62,149 nt of DNA from Candidatus Spyradenecus sp. (lineage in GTDB: Bacteria; Verrucomicrobiota; Kiritimatiellia; RFP12; DVOR01), in assembly GCA_051884775.1 (NCBI GenBank), contig JBJEVY010000076.1, positions 1-62,149 on the forward strand. The letters are read 5' to 3'. Both the position numbers and the translations under genes were made by a program. Below the pieces are notes generated by a model that worked only from the letters and a program-made list of their open reading frames with translations, was not told where the DNA came from and ran no database searches. Shown in pieces: positions 19,253 through 28,293 of this stretch. How positions within the stretch are numbered: position 1 is the first letter of the stretch; each line of letters begins with the position of its first letter.

Positions 19253-19941
19253 GGTAAGAGGGCAAAGAAACGATCTTGATAGACGTCGAAGAGTCCCTTA
19301 GCCTTGAGGAGCCGCCCCAGAGGTTTGACGAGCGAGGCATCCTTGGCTGCAGCCGCGAAGGCTTGTTCAATCTCGGCGCGATCGTTGGCAGGCAGGTGGT
19401 CGCGGAACTCCTGTTTGGCCTGTTGCTCAAAGGCTTGAATGGCGCGTGGAGCGGAGGCCTGCACCAGACGCATAAAGAGGTGCAAGAGGCAGACATCCCA
19501 GGGCTCATCAACCCCCTCAACGAGGGCGGCCGATTGGCTGGCGCGCTGGGCAAAGGCGCGTTTGGCGCGGTCGCGCACCACCTCCAGGGGCTCGCTAATA
19601 AGCGTTTCGGTGTAGGCTTCGCGGCGCAGACGGTAGGAATAGCGCAGAATGCGAATCCGCGAGGCGTGCGCTTTCAGAAAGTCGAGATAGTTCTGCGCCT
19701 GGGGACCAAAGCCCTCCAGTTCCTGGCTCGAGAGCTCCCCAGGCAGAATCAGGCGGGGCGGGAAGGTTTGCAACTTCCCTTCCCGAACGCGTGTCTTGGT
19801 CGGATCGTCCATCGGCTGGGCCAGGAGGGTGTAGTCTATCGTTGTTTGATCAAAGGGGTCGAGCAACCGTTCCGGCGCGCAGAGAATCTGCGTGTGCCGC
19901 ACAGCATAAACAAAGTCAAACTCGGTAGGCTTCCGTCTCAT
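19249..19941 (-). CDS. Hypothetical protein
   Basis: 230-aa ORF overlapping the next gene's start, with its own -10 (TATACT 19951-19956). No family recognised. Confidence 0.75.
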   Translation of the reverse strand: MRRKPTEFDFVYAVRHTQILCAPERLLDPFDQTTIDYTLLAQPMDDPTKTRVREGKLQTFPPRLILPGELSSQELEGFGPQAQNYLDFLKAHASRIRILRYSYRLRREAYTETLISEPLEVVRDRAKRAFAQRASQSAALVEGVDEPWDVCLLHLFMRLVQASAPRAIQAFEQQAKQEFRDHLPANDRAEIEQAFAAAAKDASLVKPLGRLLKAKGLFDVYQDRFFALLP

Positions 19942-19986
19942 AACGCGTGCAGTATAGCAAATCTCCGCTCGCGGCGCGAGCAGAGA

Positions 19987-20138
19987 TTAGCCGTTAGCGG
20001 TTAGCTGCTAGTTGTTAGCGCGCGTTCCGCGACGGATAGGCTGGTTTGTTAGGAACCGTAAGCCACGCCTTCTCTGGCCAACAATGTGCCAGTCGCACAC
20101 AGTGCGCCCTGTCGACTGTTCACTGTCGACTGTCGACT
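19987..20138. repeat. Heptamer-armed REP-like element (E2, chimeric arms)
   Basis: GTTAGC-type heptamers, CGCG-TTC-CGCG-ACGG, core, GTCGCAC-ACA-GTGCG, then (CTGTCGA)n. Confidence 0.8.
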
Positions 20139-20142
20139 ATTC

Positions 20143-20568
20143 CTACTTAGCCGCGCAGGTGGCGCAGAGGCCGCGGAAGAGGACGGTGAGCTCGGTGGGC
20201 TTGGCTTCTGCCGGCAAGCCGACGGCTTGGGCCAGTGTGTCCGGGATTGCCCCTAGGTCAATAATCGCCCCACACTGGGTACATTTGAAGTGCGCATGTG
20301 GCAAGAGAAGTCCATCGTAGCGCAATTCCAGATCCTCGCTGCGGACTACATTGGCCAATCCCTTCTCCACAAAGGCGTGAAGGACATTGTAGACCGTGGT
20401 TCGAGAGAGTGTTTTGAGCTTTGGCCGCAGCGCCCGGTAGATGACATCCACCGTGGGGTGGACATGATGGGTCTGCAGCCAAGCGTAAATAGCCACGCGC
20501 GGGGCGGAAGGGGAGAGCCCGTGCGCCCGGAGCGTGGCTTTAATTTTGGCGGGGTCAAGCCCGGCCAT
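20143..20568 (-). CDS. perR: Fur-family repressor, PerR-like
   Basis: HPT..IY, LSRTTVYN, RYD, HAHFKCTQC, IID and GLCATC motifs; co-transcribed with rubrerythrin. Confidence 0.85.
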   Translation of the reverse strand: MAGLDPAKIKATLRAHGLSPSAPRVAIYAWLQTHHVHPTVDVIYRALRPKLKTLSRTTVYNVLHAFVEKGLANVVRSEDLELRYDGLLLPHAHFKCTQCGAIIDLGAIPDTLAQAVGLPAEAKPTELTVLFRGLCATCAAK

Positions 20569-20571
20569 TGC

Positions 20572-21123
20572 TTACTTAGCGAAGTAGCGCTTCAGGAGGC
20601 CCTCAAAGCCGGCCCCATGGCGCGCCTCGTCCTTGCACATTTCGTGGACGGTGTCGTGGATGGCATCGAGCCCGAGCTGCTTGGCCTTCTTGGCGAGGTC
20701 GAGCTTGCCCTGGCAGGCGCCCTGCTCAGCGGCGGCGCGGAGTTCGAGGTTCTTCTGGGTGGAATCGGTGATGACTTCGCCCAAGAGTTCCGCGAACTTG
20801 CAGGCGTGTTCGGCCTCTTCCCAGGCTGCCTGCTGGTAGAAGGCGCCGATCTCGGGATAGCCTTCGCGGATTGCCACGCGAGCCATCGCCAGGTACATGC
20901 CCACTTCGGTGCACTCGCCGGTGAAGTTCATCCGCAGCCCCTCGATGATCTCGGGGTCAACGCCCTTGGCCACGCCCACGCGGTGCTCATCGGCCCATTC
21001 CATCTTGCCGGTCTCGGTCTTCTCGATGAACTTGGTGCCCACGCAGCCACACTGCGGGCACTTCTCCGGAGCGGTGTCACCCGTGTGAACATAACCGCAG
21101 ATCGGGCAAACAAACTTCTTCAT
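20572..21123 (-). CDS. Reverse rubrerythrin (NADH peroxidase)
   Basis: N-terminal CPICGY..CPQC rubredoxin domain, then [15 protein letters not shown] and DEARHG motifs. Confidence 0.93.
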   Translation of the reverse strand: MKKFVCPICGYVHTGDTAPEKCPQCGCVGTKFIEKTETGKMEWADEHRVGVAKGVDPEIIEGLRMNFTGECTEVGMYLAMARVAIREGYPEIGAFYQQAAWEEAEHACKFAELLGEVITDSTQKNLELRAAAEQGACQGKLDLAKKAKQLGLDAIHDTVHEMCKDEARHGAGFEGLLKRYFAK

Positions 21124-21270
21124 TGTAGTCTCTCCTTAGTTAGGAATATCGCTCGACGTTCGAGCAGAACGCCGCCATTATAACACATTCCCTATCATTT
21201 CTGTCGAGTGAAAAATGCAATGGCTTCAATTAGGGAGTGGGCCTTCTCCTCTCTGTCACCTGTTACTTGC

Positions 21271-21307
21271 AAAAAAAGAGCTGGCCAGAATACCTGGCCA
21301 GCATTTT
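21271..21307 (-). terminator. Intrinsic terminator, possibly bidirectional
   Basis: Minus strand GCTGGCCAG-GTATT-CTGGCCAGC-TC-T7; T5 on the plus side. Confidence 0.75.
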
Positions 21308-21356
21308 TATATCTTCTTGGGTGGGGTTGTGTCTGTGTGTAGGAGATGTCTGAAAC
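21271..21356 (-). ncRNA. Candidate small RNA (~85 nt) or attenuated leader
   Basis: Bounded by a sigma70-like promoter (TTGCAC-17-TATTTT) and an intrinsic terminator; C/A-rich body. Confidence 0.5.
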
Positions 21357-21362
21357 GCAATT

Positions 21363-21391
21363 AAAATAGCACACGCGCATGTGTAGTGCAA
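21363..21391 (-). promoter_or_regulatory. Sigma70-like promoter
   Basis: TTGCAC-tacacatgcgcgtgtgc (17 bp)-TATTTT, with an extended TG. Confidence 0.6.
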
Positions 21392-21674
21392 GTACTTTTT
21401 GTTCGTACAACCTCTATTCGCGCGTAAAGGGGGGTAAATAGGCGGCTGATGGGCGCCTTTGGACTGCGCGTATGCCGCAGGCAGATGGTAGGAAGAGGAG
21501 AGGGGGATTCTAGTCCACCATGGACCAGTCCTTGGTGGACCCCGAACGAACCTCGGTCGTTAAGAAGCCCTTTTTCTGGGGGCTGGGTGGAGTAGACCAA
21601 AGTACAATACTTACAATTTTCTCTGTAAAGCCACCTTGAAGCGACTTGATTCAGCCTGAATCACTCTCACGCTG

Positions 21675-21768
21675 TCCGGGACTAACAATTAAGTCCACCA
21701 CCTAATTGAATTAAGAGGGGCTGTTAATTCAATTAAGTGGCCCTGATAATTCAATTAAGAGGCCCTCC
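21675..21768. repeat. 22-bp period array of TAATT(G/C)AATTAAG
   Basis: Copies at 21703, 21725 and 21747, plus degenerate GTCCGGGACTAACAATTAAGTCC upstream. Confidence 0.75.
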
Positions 21769-21817
21769 TAAAAATTCCTATTGCTCCTCCATTGATTTTG
21801 GGTGGGGAGGGACGAGG

Positions 21818-21846
21818 GTGACAGGCGGCGGGGGTTTTGCTACAAT
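21818..21846 (+). promoter_or_regulatory. Sigma70-like promoter of thioredoxin operon
   Basis: GTGACA-17 bp-TACAAT with extended TG; SD AAGGA before the ATG. Confidence 0.6.
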
Positions 21847-21883
21847 GCGCGCGTGCTTTGGATTGCAAAGCAAGAAAGGATGT

Positions 21884-22210
21884 ATGATGACGATCGAGCA
21901 TTTTGATGAGGCCTCGTTTGCCGCTGCGGTTGCGCAGGGCGTGGTGTTGGTGGATTTCTGGGCCACATGGTGCGGTCCGTGCAAGATGCAGGGAACCATT
22001 TTGGAGAAGATGGCGTTGCCGCCGGAATTGGAGGGGAAGGTGCGCGTGGGCAAGGTGGATATTGACAAGACTCCGGCCGTAGCCGCGCAGTTCCGGGTGC
22101 AGTCGATTCCCACGTTGGTGCTCTTTAAGGATGGCTCACCGATTGAAACGATGGTGGGCGTGCAGCGCGCCGAAGTGTTGATCGGTAAATTATCTCAGGC
22201 GATTGGGTGA
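21884..22210 (+). CDS. trxA: Thioredoxin
   Basis: VDFWATWCGPCK and VQSIPTL motifs. Confidence 0.95.
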   Translation: MMTIEHFDEASFAAAVAQGVVLVDFWATWCGPCKMQGTILEKMALPPELEGKVRVGKVDIDKTPAVAAQFRVQSIPTLVLFKDGSPIETMVGVQRAEVLIGKLSQAIG

Positions 22211-22263
22211 GGATGACTCGGGGACGTGTGTGAAGGCGCACGCCCCCTTTTTGTGGATTGATT

Positions 22264-22821
22264 ATGCGGCGACTTCTCTTTTTGATGGGGATGGGGTTAT
22301 GCACGATGGGGGCCTTTGCTCAGCAACGTGCGGGTTCGAGTGGAGGACTTTCTGCGGCGGCTTTTGCCCAGCAGGCGCAGGCGTTGCGGGAGGTTCAGCG
22401 AACGCTCGCTGCGCTTTCTGCGCGGTTGGAGGCCATTGAGCAACAGCAGGGGGCGTTGGCTTCGCGTCTGAGCGCGGTGGAGCGCGGGGGGGATACTGTC
22501 TCCCAGGCGGAATTGGCGGCGGTGCGGAGCGATTTGACGGCCGTAAAGGATGCACAGGGGCGTTTGCGCGAAGAGATTGTAGAGGATATTACCAAGCGCT
22601 TAACGGCGTTAGCGCAGAAGCGTGAGGCAGAGGCCCGGCAGGCAGCGAAGGAGGCTGCCGCGCAAAAGAGTGGCTATAACCATATAGTTGAGGCCGGCCA
22701 GACGCTTTCGGCCATTGCCCAGGCCTACAAGGTCTCGGTCAAGTCTATTATGCAGGCGAATAACATCAAGGACCCCACCAAGGTGCGCGTGGGGCAGAAA
22801 CTCTTTATCCCCGATCCCTAA
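22264..22821 (+). CDS. Secreted coiled-coil protein with C-terminal LysM domain
   Basis: Signal peptide; HIVEAGQTLSAIA..Y.VS..IMQANN..VGQKLFIP. Confidence 0.88.
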   Translation: MRRLLFLMGMGLCTMGAFAQQRAGSSGGLSAAAFAQQAQALREVQRTLAALSARLEAIEQQQGALASRLSAVERGGDTVSQAELAAVRSDLTAVKDAQGRLREEIVEDITKRLTALAQKREAEARQAAKEAAAQKSGYNHIVEAGQTLSAIAQAYKVSVKSIMQANNIKDPTKVRVGQKLFIPDP

Positions 22822-22863
22822 CCGTAGGGGTTTGAGCGTGTTATCACAGGAACAGGAGCTGCA

Positions 22864-24567
22864 ATGATTGCATCAACTCACGTTTTCTCATTTGCGATGT
22901 GCGCCTCGGTTATTGGCGGTTTGGGCATCTTCCTTTTGGGGATGAAGCAGATTTCCGAAGGGTTGCAGGCTGTGGCGGGCCCCAAAATGCGCCAGTTGGT
23001 GGCCGCGGCCACGACCAATCGTTTTGCCGGCGTACTTACGGGCGCGGTGGTGACGGGCATTATCCAAGCCTCGGCCGTGACCACGGTGATGGTTGTCGGC
23101 ATGGTCACTTCGGGCATTATGACGCTGTTGCAGGCAATCAACGTGATTATCGGCGCGAACATCGGTACCACGGTGACGGCCTGGTTGGTGGCGATCTTTC
23201 CGAAGCTTGATGCATCCTTCGGCTTGGGATTGGCCGGTGTGGCCGCGCTGATGTACCTCTTTGCTAAACGTGAAAGCGTGAAGTATTGGGGCCTCATTTT
23301 CTTGGGCCTGGGGCTCATCTTCTACGGGCTGGACTTGGTCAAGACGAATATGGAGCCGCTCTCGGCCACCCAGAGTTTCGTCGACGCCCTCAAGGCCTTT
23401 GCGGTCTCCGATCCCGAGCACGGCTTTATGCTCTGGGGGATGATCAAGTGCATCTTTGTGGGGGCTGTGGCCACTGCACTCATTCAGTCCTCTTCGGCCA
23501 CTACGGCGATTACCGTGGTGTTGGTGACGCAAAAGATTATCTCTTTTGACACCGCTGCCACGCTTGTGCTGGGAATGAATATCGGCACCACCGTCACCAC
23601 CTGGCTTGCGGCCATCGGTGCGCCTACCAATGCGCGTCGTGCGGCGTTGGCGCACACGCTATTCAACCTGATTGGCGTGGTTATTATGGCCCCGCTCTTT
23701 CCCCTCTGTCTGCCGTTGGCCGACCGCGTCTTCGGGATTTCGGGGATGGACCCTAATGGGCTGGGCTTTGCCGTGGCTGGTATTCATACGGCCTTCAACG
23801 TCCTCAATACGCTGATTTTCCTGCCCTTTACCACCCACTTCGCGCGACTGATTTCTTGGATTATTCCGGATGCCAAGATTCACGAATTACCCCGCTTGAC
23901 CGTGCTCAATCCCCTGAAGTTGGCCCCCGTTGTGGCCGTGGAACAGGCGCGTAAGGAGGTTGAACATATGAGCCGGCGTTGCGAGACGCTCCTCGACAAC
24001 TTTAAGAGCGTCCTAGTTGGCGAGAGTGACAAGGAGCTGGAGAATGGCATCTTCCACGCTGAGGAGGAACTTGACGTCCTCCAGCATGAGGTCTCGGAGT
24101 TCCTTGGGGTCATTATGACCACCAATCTTCCCTCTGATGTGGCTAATCGCGCCCGCATGCTTCTGCGTGTGGCCGATGAATATGAGTCGGTCTCCGATGA
24201 AGCTGCCGCCCTTCTTAAGCAGATTATCCGCATGCGCAAGGCCGGGATGAAACTCTCCGAACGCGGACGTGAAGACCTTATTAGCCTTCACGATATGTGC
24301 CGCGACTTTGCGGCCATTGTCTCCGAAGCTTTTCGTCAAGGTAAAGCGCACGCGGCGGATCTTCTCGCCCACATGCATCCTGATGCCGCCGGCATTTCCG
24401 CGCGCGTTAAGGAGATTCGCAAGGCCCAGATGACCCGCATGTCTGATCACGACCCTACCATCGATCCGCTCTGCGTTGTAGTTGTGCTTGACATCCTCAA
24501 TATCTATCGCCGCCTCAAAGAAGATTGCCTCAACATTGGCGAAGCGATGCTTGACGAGGGCCGCTAA
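22864..24567 (+). CDS. Na/Pi cotransporter family protein with PhoU domains
   Basis: GGLGIFLLGM, IQASA..GANIGTT and IQSSSA..GMNIGTT repeats; PhoU-like ADEYESVSD. Confidence 0.9.
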   Translation: MIASTHVFSFAMCASVIGGLGIFLLGMKQISEGLQAVAGPKMRQLVAAATTNRFAGVLTGAVVTGIIQASAVTTVMVVGMVTSGIMTLLQAINVIIGANIGTTVTAWLVAIFPKLDASFGLGLAGVAALMYLFAKRESVKYWGLIFLGLGLIFYGLDLVKTNMEPLSATQSFVDALKAFAVSDPEHGFMLWGMIKCIFVGAVATALIQSSSATTAITVVLVTQKIISFDTAATLVLGMNIGTTVTTWLAAIGAPTNARRAALAHTLFNLIGVVIMAPLFPLCLPLADRVFGISGMDPNGLGFAVAGIHTAFNVLNTLIFLPFTTHFARLISWIIPDAKIHELPRLTVLNPLKLAPVVAVEQARKEVEHMSRRCETLLDNFKSVLVGESDKELENGIFHAEEELDVLQHEVSEFLGVIMTTNLPSDVANRARMLLRVADEYESVSDEAAALLKQIIRMRKAGMKLSERGREDLISLHDMCRDFAAIVSEAFRQGKAHAADLLAHMHPDAAGISARVKEIRKAQMTRMSDHDPTIDPLCVVVVLDILNIYRRLKEDCLNIGEAMLDEGR

Positions 24568-24586
24568 CACAGTGTTAGCCTCAAGC

Positions 24587-24627
24587 AACAAACAAGCCGC
24601 GCTCAATTGAGCGCGGCCTTTTGTTTT
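24587..24627. terminator. Bidirectional intrinsic terminator
   Basis: GCCGCGCTCA-AT-TGAGCGCGGC flanked by A-rich and T-rich tracts, between the convergent CDS and tRNA. Confidence 0.75.
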
Positions 24628-24711
24628 GGTGGGCCCGGAGGGGGTCGAACCCTCGCGCCTTGCGGCACAGGAACCTAAATCCTGCGTGTCTGCCAATTTC
24701 ACCACGAGCCC
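24627..24711 (-). tRNA. tRNA-Leu(TAG)
   Basis: GGGCTCGTGGTGAAATTGGCAGACACGCAGGA-TTTAGGT-TCCTG, long variable arm, GGTTCGACCCC, encoded CCA. Confidence 0.97.
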
Positions 24712-24853
24712 AACGAAAAGTGGCGCTAAGTATAACAGAAACAGCTTGAGTAAGCAAGAAAGAGCGAGGCAACCCCTTTCGAACGCAGGAGGTAAGTGTA
24801 CGCCGTGGCGTGTTTTGCGCATGGGCGGGGGCTTGTGGTATAATGCGCGGCGT

Positions 24854-25630
24854 ATGAGGACATCGTGGACTCTCTTTACACTGGCAGGCTTGCCAATCCG
24901 TGCCCATCTTTCGGTGGGATTATTGGTGGTGTATATGCTGATGACGGTGGGGAGCCTGGGGTGGGGGCTCTATCTGGCGGCGGTGCTGCTGGTTTCGATT
25001 TTGTTGCACGAGTTGGCGCATACGGCTGTGGCGGTTGCCTTTGGGGGGCGGGTGGTTTCGATTGAGTTGCAATTATTGGGTGGGGCGGCGATGATTTCGC
25101 GTTTGCCGCCGAAGGCGTGGCAGGAGACGCTGATGGCGTTGGCGGGGCCGGCGTGCTCGTTGGCGCTGGCGGTGGTAGCGTGGATGGGGAGCGTGGCGTT
25201 GGGGCGGGAGTTCTTTCATCCTGAGTATGGGGGGTGGATTTTGGAGACGAATCCCCATTTGCTGATGGCGGCCTTTCTGAACTTGGGCTTGGGGTGTTTC
25301 AACCTCATTCCGGCTTATCCAATGGATGGCGGGCGGGTGGTGCGCTCGGCCTTGGAGTGTTTTGGAATGGAGAAGTTGCGGGCGACGACGGTAGCCGTGC
25401 GCATCGGGCAGGGAATCGCGGTGTTGTGGGCGGGGCTTTGGGTGCTCTCGTTTGTGGGCGTTAAGGTGCCCTGCCCGAGCGTTGTGGGGGGCTTTGGGGC
25501 CTATCTTTGGGATTTGGTTTTCGGCGTTCACTCGTTGCTGATGCCGTTGATTGCGTATATGATTTGGGTTGTCGGCCGACGCGAATTGGCGTATGTGCGC
25601 GCGACAACCGCTATGGGAGCTTGGCGATGA
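24854..25630 (+). CDS. Site-2 protease family (M50) membrane peptidase
   Basis: LLHELAH, ALAGP and FNLIPAYPMDGGR motifs. Start set at ATG 24854. Confidence 0.9.
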   Translation: MRTSWTLFTLAGLPIRAHLSVGLLVVYMLMTVGSLGWGLYLAAVLLVSILLHELAHTAVAVAFGGRVVSIELQLLGGAAMISRLPPKAWQETLMALAGPACSLALAVVAWMGSVALGREFFHPEYGGWILETNPHLLMAAFLNLGLGCFNLIPAYPMDGGRVVRSALECFGMEKLRATTVAVRIGQGIAVLWAGLWVLSFVGVKVPCPSVVGGFGAYLWDLVFGVHSLLMPLIAYMIWVVGRRELAYVRATTAMGAWR

Positions 25631-26730
25631 GTCTTGCCGTTGGTATTGTTGGTTTGCCGAATGTTGGAAAGTCAACGCTCTTCAATGCGTTGACGCGGGC
25701 GCAGAATGCGGAAGCGGCGAATTATCCGTTCTGCACGATTGAGCCGAATAAGGCCACAGTGCCGGTGGCTGATGCGCGCGTGGAGAAGTTGGCCGAGATT
25801 TGCAAGAGTGGGCGGATTATTCACGCTACGGTGGATTTTACCGACATTGCCGGGCTCGTGCGTGGTGCCTCCAAAGGCGAGGGGCTGGGGAACCAGTTCC
25901 TGGGCAATATCCGCGAATGCGACGCCATCTTGGAGGTCGTCCGCTGCTTTGATAATGATGACGTGGTGCACGTGGAGGGATCGGTGGACCCTGTGCGCGA
26001 TGTGGGGATTATCGAGACCGAGCTTATCCTGGCCGACTTGCAGAGCCTGGAGAAGCGGCTGGATCGCTTGAGCCGACAGGCGCGCGCCGATAAGTCGCTG
26101 GTCAAGGAAGTTGAGGCGATGAAGGCCTTGCAGGCGCACTTGGATGGCGGAAATCCGGCCCGGACGCTGGTCTATGACGATATGGACGCGCTGGCGGCCT
26201 GCCGCAAGGAGCTGCACTTCCTCACCGATAAACCGGTCATCTATGTGGCCAATGTGGGGGAGGATGACCTTGGGCAGGCGGATAATGCGCATGTGGTGGC
26301 CTTGAAGGGGCACGCCCAGGCCCATGGATGCGACGTGGTGACGATTTGTGCTTCGATGGAGGCGGACTTGGTCGGACTCTCGGAAGCTGAGCAGGCGGAC
26401 TTCTTGCAATCCTACGGGTTGGAGCAGTCGGGCCTCGATGCCACCATTCGCAAGGCCTATCACACGCTCGGGTTGCAGAGCTTCTTCACCGCCGGACCGA
26501 TGGAGGCACGTGCGTGGACCATCCGCCAGGGGTGGACTGCGCCGAAGGCCGCAGGTGTCATTCACACTGATTTCGAACGGGGCTTCATTCGCGCCGAAGT
26601 GGTCTCCTATGATGATTTCGTGGCGTTGGGCGGGGAAGCTCACGCGCGCGAAAAGGGACTCCTGCGCGTGGAAGGTAAGGACTATGTGATGCGCGAAGGC
26701 GATGTGGTCCACTTCCTCTTTAATGTCTAA
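25627..26730 (+). CDS. ychF: Redox-regulated ATPase YchF
   Basis: [28 protein letters not shown] and [10 protein letters not shown] motifs. Confidence 0.97.
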   Translation: MSLAVGIVGLPNVGKSTLFNALTRAQNAEAANYPFCTIEPNKATVPVADARVEKLAEICKSGRIIHATVDFTDIAGLVRGASKGEGLGNQFLGNIRECDAILEVVRCFDNDDVVHVEGSVDPVRDVGIIETELILADLQSLEKRLDRLSRQARADKSLVKEVEAMKALQAHLDGGNPARTLVYDDMDALAACRKELHFLTDKPVIYVANVGEDDLGQADNAHVVALKGHAQAHGCDVVTICASMEADLVGLSEAEQADFLQSYGLEQSGLDATIRKAYHTLGLQSFFTAGPMEARAWTIRQGWTAPKAAGVIHTDFERGFIRAEVVSYDDFVALGGEAHAREKGLLRVEGKDYVMREGDVVHFLFNV

Positions 26731-26747
26731 GGCAAGGATTTTTCATA

Positions 26748-27839
26748 GTGAAATACGATCTTCCCTCCTCAAACTCCTCTCTCAAGCGAACGCTCCTCAC
26801 CTGGGGGTTGCCGATTGTTGGATGGGCAGTGCTCATTCTGTTGTGGATGCTCTTTGCTGGGCGCGGCGAAAAGCCCGAAGTTGCGGCGACCGAAACCAAG
26901 CCCGCCACCGAAGCACTCCAGCCGCTCGCCGAGGGCGCTCAGGCTCCCGTGCAACAGGGGACTGGAACTGCCGCTACACAGCCGGCCTCTACGCCCGAGG
27001 TTAAGCCTGTCACGCCCGAGGCGTCGACCAATATCTTCCCTTCCACGCCCTACGACTTTGCCGGGGCTGTCTCCTTCATCGGTCTGCCCAATGAGCGTGG
27101 CTGCGGAACGGGGATCTTGGTTGATCCGGTCAAGCGGAAGGTGCTTTGGGCGAAGTCGGCCGAGAAGGCCGTGCCGATTGCTTCGATGACCAAGATGATG
27201 ACGATGCTGTTGGCCGAAGAGGCGATTCAAGCAGGCCGCATTACGCGCGAGACGGTTATCCCCGTCTCGGTGGAGGCCTACAAGATTGGCGGCTCGCAGG
27301 TGTGGCTTGACCCGAAGGAGGCCTTCCCCCTGAGCGAACTGATGAAGGCGATTGCCATCAAGTCGGCCAACGATGCCGCCTATCTGGTGGGCGAGTATTT
27401 GGGCGGTGGGGACATTGGGGCCTTTATTAAGGAAATGAACCGCCGCGCCAAGGCCTTGGGCATGATGCATACCACCTTCTATGACGCCCATGGTCTGGGC
27501 GATGCTGCCAAGCGTGATAACCTATCATCGGCCTATGATATGGTGCTCCTGGGTGAACACCTGCTCCGCTATCCTGAGACCATGCGCTTGGCCTCAACGC
27601 GGATGGACACCTTCCGCAATGGTAAAACCGAGCTCAAAAATCACAACAATCTCGTCTATCAGCGCGTGGCGGGCGTGGACGGTCTAAAGACTGGTTACAC
27701 GCGCGCTTCGGGTTATTGCGTCACCTTCTCCTGTCTCCGGGGCGGCCGCCGATTGGTTGGCTGCGTCACCGGGTTTTCTACAGCCAAAGAACGAGACGCC
27801 TTCTGCAAGGCGCTTCTCGCATGGGGGTACACCAAATGA
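26748..27839 (+). CDS. D-alanyl-D-alanine carboxypeptidase (S11)
   Basis: SMTK, SAN, HGL and KTG motifs; N-terminal TM plus linker. Confidence 0.9.
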   Translation: MKYDLPSSNSSLKRTLLTWGLPIVGWAVLILLWMLFAGRGEKPEVAATETKPATEALQPLAEGAQAPVQQGTGTAATQPASTPEVKPVTPEASTNIFPSTPYDFAGAVSFIGLPNERGCGTGILVDPVKRKVLWAKSAEKAVPIASMTKMMTMLLAEEAIQAGRITRETVIPVSVEAYKIGGSQVWLDPKEAFPLSELMKAIAIKSANDAAYLVGEYLGGGDIGAFIKEMNRRAKALGMMHTTFYDAHGLGDAAKRDNLSSAYDMVLLGEHLLRYPETMRLASTRMDTFRNGKTELKNHNNLVYQRVAGVDGLKTGYTRASGYCVTFSCLRGGRRLVGCVTGFSTAKERDAFCKALLAWGYTK

Positions 27840-28288
27840 AGCATACAGTACAATTCGGTAAGTGGGCGCGTGGTTTCTGCTTGGGGCTTTTAGGCCTGGC
27901 ACTTTTCGCTGGGTGCACCACGGGCATTGAAGGGCGCATTGAGTCGAAGCAGGAGGTTTTCTCCGCCTATCCAAGTGAGGTCCAGGAGCGACTTCGTCGC
28001 GGGCAGATTCGCCTGGGCGATGACGCTGAGGCCGTTTGGATTGTCTACGGCGAACCACGTGAACGGCTGCGCCGGATGGATGCCAATGGGGTGACGGAAG
28101 TATGGATCTACAAGATTCTCGGCTACAACGAGCGCCTTTATCCCACGGTGCGCCCAGTTTACCGTGATGTTCGTGGGCATGTCCGCGGCAGTTACTACCT
28201 TGAGGATTTGCCCGAATACGAGTGGAAGGAGGTCCTTCGTATCGAGTTCTCGAAGGGCCACGTGACGGCGGTTCAGCAGACGAACTAA
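27836..28288 (+). CDS. Putative lipoprotein
   Basis: Lipobox FAGC; GEP..WIY (SmpA/OmlA-like) pattern; ATGA overlap with upstream gene. Confidence 0.7.
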   Translation: MKHTVQFGKWARGFCLGLLGLALFAGCTTGIEGRIESKQEVFSAYPSEVQERLRRGQIRLGDDAEAVWIVYGEPRERLRRMDANGVTEVWIYKILGYNERLYPTVRPVYRDVRGHVRGSYYLEDLPEYEWKEVLRIEFSKGHVTAVQQTN

Positions 28289-28293
28289 TTGCC

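Noticed and set aside
24627-24711. tRNA-Leu as an integration site for an island
   Set aside because: No integrase, no duplicated tRNA 3' end, and ordinary chromosomal genes on both sides.
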